A stretch of 29,385 nt of DNA from an uncultured Thermoflexus sp. (lineage in GTDB: Bacteria > Chloroflexota > Dehalococcoidia > Lucifugimonadales > Lucifugimonadaceae): contig CAYWBD010000307.1 of NCBI GenBank assembly GCA_964456315.1, forward strand, positions 1 to 29,385, in the 5' to 3' direction. Below, in pieces: positions 27,528 through 29,385 of the stretch (within the stretch, counting starts at the first letter, position 1; each line of letters starts with the position of its first letter). A program made the position numbers and the translations under genes. Below the pieces are notes generated by a model that had not been told where the DNA came from, searched no databases, and was given only the letters and a program-made list of their open reading frames with translations.

Positions 27528-29069
27528 ATGTTTGAGTCTCTGACGGAAAAGCTGACCGCCACGTTCGGGCGCCTCTCGGGCAAGGGGAAACTATCGGAGC
27601 AGGATGTGGACGAGGCGCTGCGCGAGGTCCGCCTGGCGCTGCTGGAGGCGGACGTTGACTTCAAGGTGGCCCGCGCGCTCGTCGACGCGGTGCGCCAGCG
27701 GGCGGTCAGCGAGAAGGTGTTCGCATCGCTGACGCCGGGCCAGACAGTGGTGAAGCTCGTCAGCGCAGAGCTGGTCAGGGTGCTGAGCGGGGAAGCCCCC
27801 TCTCCCTCACAGGGAGAGAGTCAGGGAGGGAGTGCGTCCGTTCCCTCTCCCCTTGCGGGAGAGGGTCAGGGTGAGGGGTCGGGACGGGTCGGGACGGGGC
27901 CCCTCGACAAGCTCGGGGCGAGCGGAGCAGCCCATGTCCCGGCGAGCGAAGGCACCCCTGTACGCACTGTGGCGGGCCTTCGTCGTGCAGACACTCCGCC
28001 CAGCGTCGTCATGCTCGTCGGCCTCCAGGGCTCCGGCAAGACGACCATGGCCGCCAAGCTCGCTCTCCGCCTCAAGCACGAAGCCCGCAGCGACCGCCGC
28101 GCCCCGCCGCCGGTCATGCTCGCCGCGCTGGACCTTCGCCGGCCCGCCGCCATAGACCAGCTCGTACAGCTCGGCAAGCAGATAGACGTGCCTGTCTACC
28201 ACGAGCCCGCCGCAGGCAACTCCGCGGTCGAGGTCGCAAAGCGCGCCGTCGCAAAGGCCCGCGCTGAAGGCATCTTCTGGCTCATCCTGGACACCGGTGG
28301 CCGCCTGCACATAGACGACGAGCTCATGACCGAGCTTGAGCAGGTCCGCGACGCCACCGGCCCGGTCGAGTCGCTCCTGGTCGTAGACGCCATGACCGGG
28401 CAGGACGCAGTGCGGTCCGGCTCGGAGTTCCACCGGCGCATCGGCCTCACCGGGACCATCATCACCAAGATGGACGGCGACGCCCGCGGTGGCGCGGCCC
28501 TGTCCATGCGCGCCGTGACCGGCCTGCCCGTGAAGTTCATCGGCGTCAGCGAGAAGCCGGACGGCATCGAGGAGTTCTTCCCGGACCGCATCGCCTCTCG
28601 CATCCTGGGCATGGGCGATGTGCAGACGCTTATCGAGAAGGCGCAGGGCCAGTTCGACACCGACCAGGCCCGCAGGATCGAACAGAAGCTCAAGAAGAAC
28701 CAGTTCGACCTCGACGACCTGTTGGAGCAGTTCCGGGCCATCAAGAAGATGGGGCCGCTGGCGGACATCCTGGGCATGGTGCCGGGCATGGGCGGCCTCA
28801 AGGCGGCCAAGGCGCTGCGGGACACCGACGACCGCAAGATCCTCCAGGTCGAGGCGATCATCCTTTCCATGACGCCGCGCGAGCGCCGTGAGCCGAAGCT
28901 GATCAACGGGTCGCGCCGCAAGCGCATCGCCAACGGGTCCGGCACTTCGCCCGCGCAGGTGAACGCGCTCTTGAACCAGTTCACGCAGATGCAAAAGGTG
29001 ATGAAGAAGCTGTCCACGCCCGGCGGCAAACGCGCCCTCATGGGCATGATGCGCGGAATCGGGCGGTAA
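27528..29069 (+). CDS. ffh: Signal recognition particle protein Ffh with an ~58-aa in-frame repeat-derived insert between the N and G domains
   Basis: MFESLTEKL, ALLEADV, GLQGSGKTT, DTGGR, DAMTGQDA, TKMDGDARGGAALS, RIASRILGMGD and Met-rich M domain (SRRKRIANGSG). Confidence 0.97.
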   Translation: MFESLTEKLTATFGRLSGKGKLSEQDVDEALREVRLALLEADVDFKVARALVDAVRQRAVSEKVFASLTPGQTVVKLVSAELVRVLSGEAPSPSQGESQGGSASVPSPLAGEGQGEGSGRVGTGPLDKLGASGAAHVPASEGTPVRTVAGLRRADTPPSVVMLVGLQGSGKTTMAAKLALRLKHEARSDRRAPPPVMLAALDLRRPAAIDQLVQLGKQIDVPVYHEPAAGNSAVEVAKRAVAKARAEGIFWLILDTGGRLHIDDELMTELEQVRDATGPVESLLVVDAMTGQDAVRSGSEFHRRIGLTGTIITKMDGDARGGAALSMRAVTGLPVKFIGVSEKPDGIEEFFPDRIASRILGMGDVQTLIEKAQGQFDTDQARRIEQKLKKNQFDLDDLLEQFRAIKKMGPLADILGMVPGMGGLKAAKALRDTDDRKILQVEAIILSMTPRERREPKLINGSRRKRIANGSGTSPAQVNALLNQFTQMQKVMKKLSTPGGKRALMGMMRGIGR

Positions 29070-29082
29070 CTTGGAAGGCGAC

Positions 29083-29385
29083 TTGATCACCGAAATCGAC
29101 GAGTTTGAGGCGCACTGCGCCAAAGAGTGGGGACGCTCTTTGCGATCCACGAAGCAGTTTTTTATGGCCGTTCCCAGAATCCAGGATTTCACAGATCTAG
29201 GCAACGCCAAGAAGGAGTTGAAGCTTCGCATCGCTGAAAAGCTTCTGCAGGAGTCGTGCTATCACATGGGATCGTTCGCCGAGTGCGGCGACGTGACTTG
29301 GTTCCTCGATCACGCTGCTCGGGAACTACGCGGGTTGCGGCAAGACCGGAACCCGCGACGGGTAGCGCCGACCAGCGCGGCGATG
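29083..29385 (+). CDS. 3'-truncated hypothetical protein with lower GC (>=101 aa)
   Basis: TTG at 29083 after GGAAGG. The frame MITEIDEFEAHCAKEWGRS... stays open to the window end. Absent from the ORF track because it has no stop. Confidence 0.55.
   Translation, partial: MITEIDEFEAHCAKEWGRSLRSTKQFFMAVPRIQDFTDLGNAKKELKLRIAEKLLQESCYHMGSFAECGDVTWFLDHAARELRGLRQDRNPRRVAPTSAAM

Noticed and set aside
27807-29231. 474-aa minus-strand ORF, and similar long antisense ORFs (319-1449, 3484-4407, 13409-14764, 17787-19220, 24078-25124)
   Set aside because: Shadow ORFs opposite well-supported genes in high-GC DNA, with no recognisable motifs.

Overview
High-GC bacterial chromosomal window. A Chloroflexota/Dehalococcoidia-like host is my guess from gene style only. 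Housekeeping genes (sucCD, citrate synthase, thrS, tRNA-Val(GAC), ffh) are interleaved with a nucleotide-sugar modification cluster (Ugd, Gfo/Idh/MocA dehydrogenase, DegT aminotransferase), catabolic enzymes (D-aminoacylase-like, amidohydrolase-2, GDPD, CoA-transferase A/B), a hicBA pair and an orphan cheX. Four things stand out. (1) A visibly lower-GC two-gene island (~8.3-10.95 kb) encodes an unknown 163-aa protein and a 682-aa fusion of an HExxH zincin-like domain to a trimeric-dUTPase-fold dCTP deaminase, a candidate undescribed antiphage/conflict system. (2) An orphan terminase large subunit is split into ATPase and nuclease ORFs with catalytic motifs intact and no other phage genes nearby. 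(3) At least four families of short palindromic repeats fill the intergenic gaps and are also translated in frame inside Ffh (~58 aa), the D-aminoacylase (~58 aa) and TerL (~81 aa). (4) A 109-bp MITE with 23-bp TIRs and a 10-bp target duplication interrupts a TolB-like gene, and removing it restores the frame exactly. Product calls rest on motif recognition only; no database searches were run.
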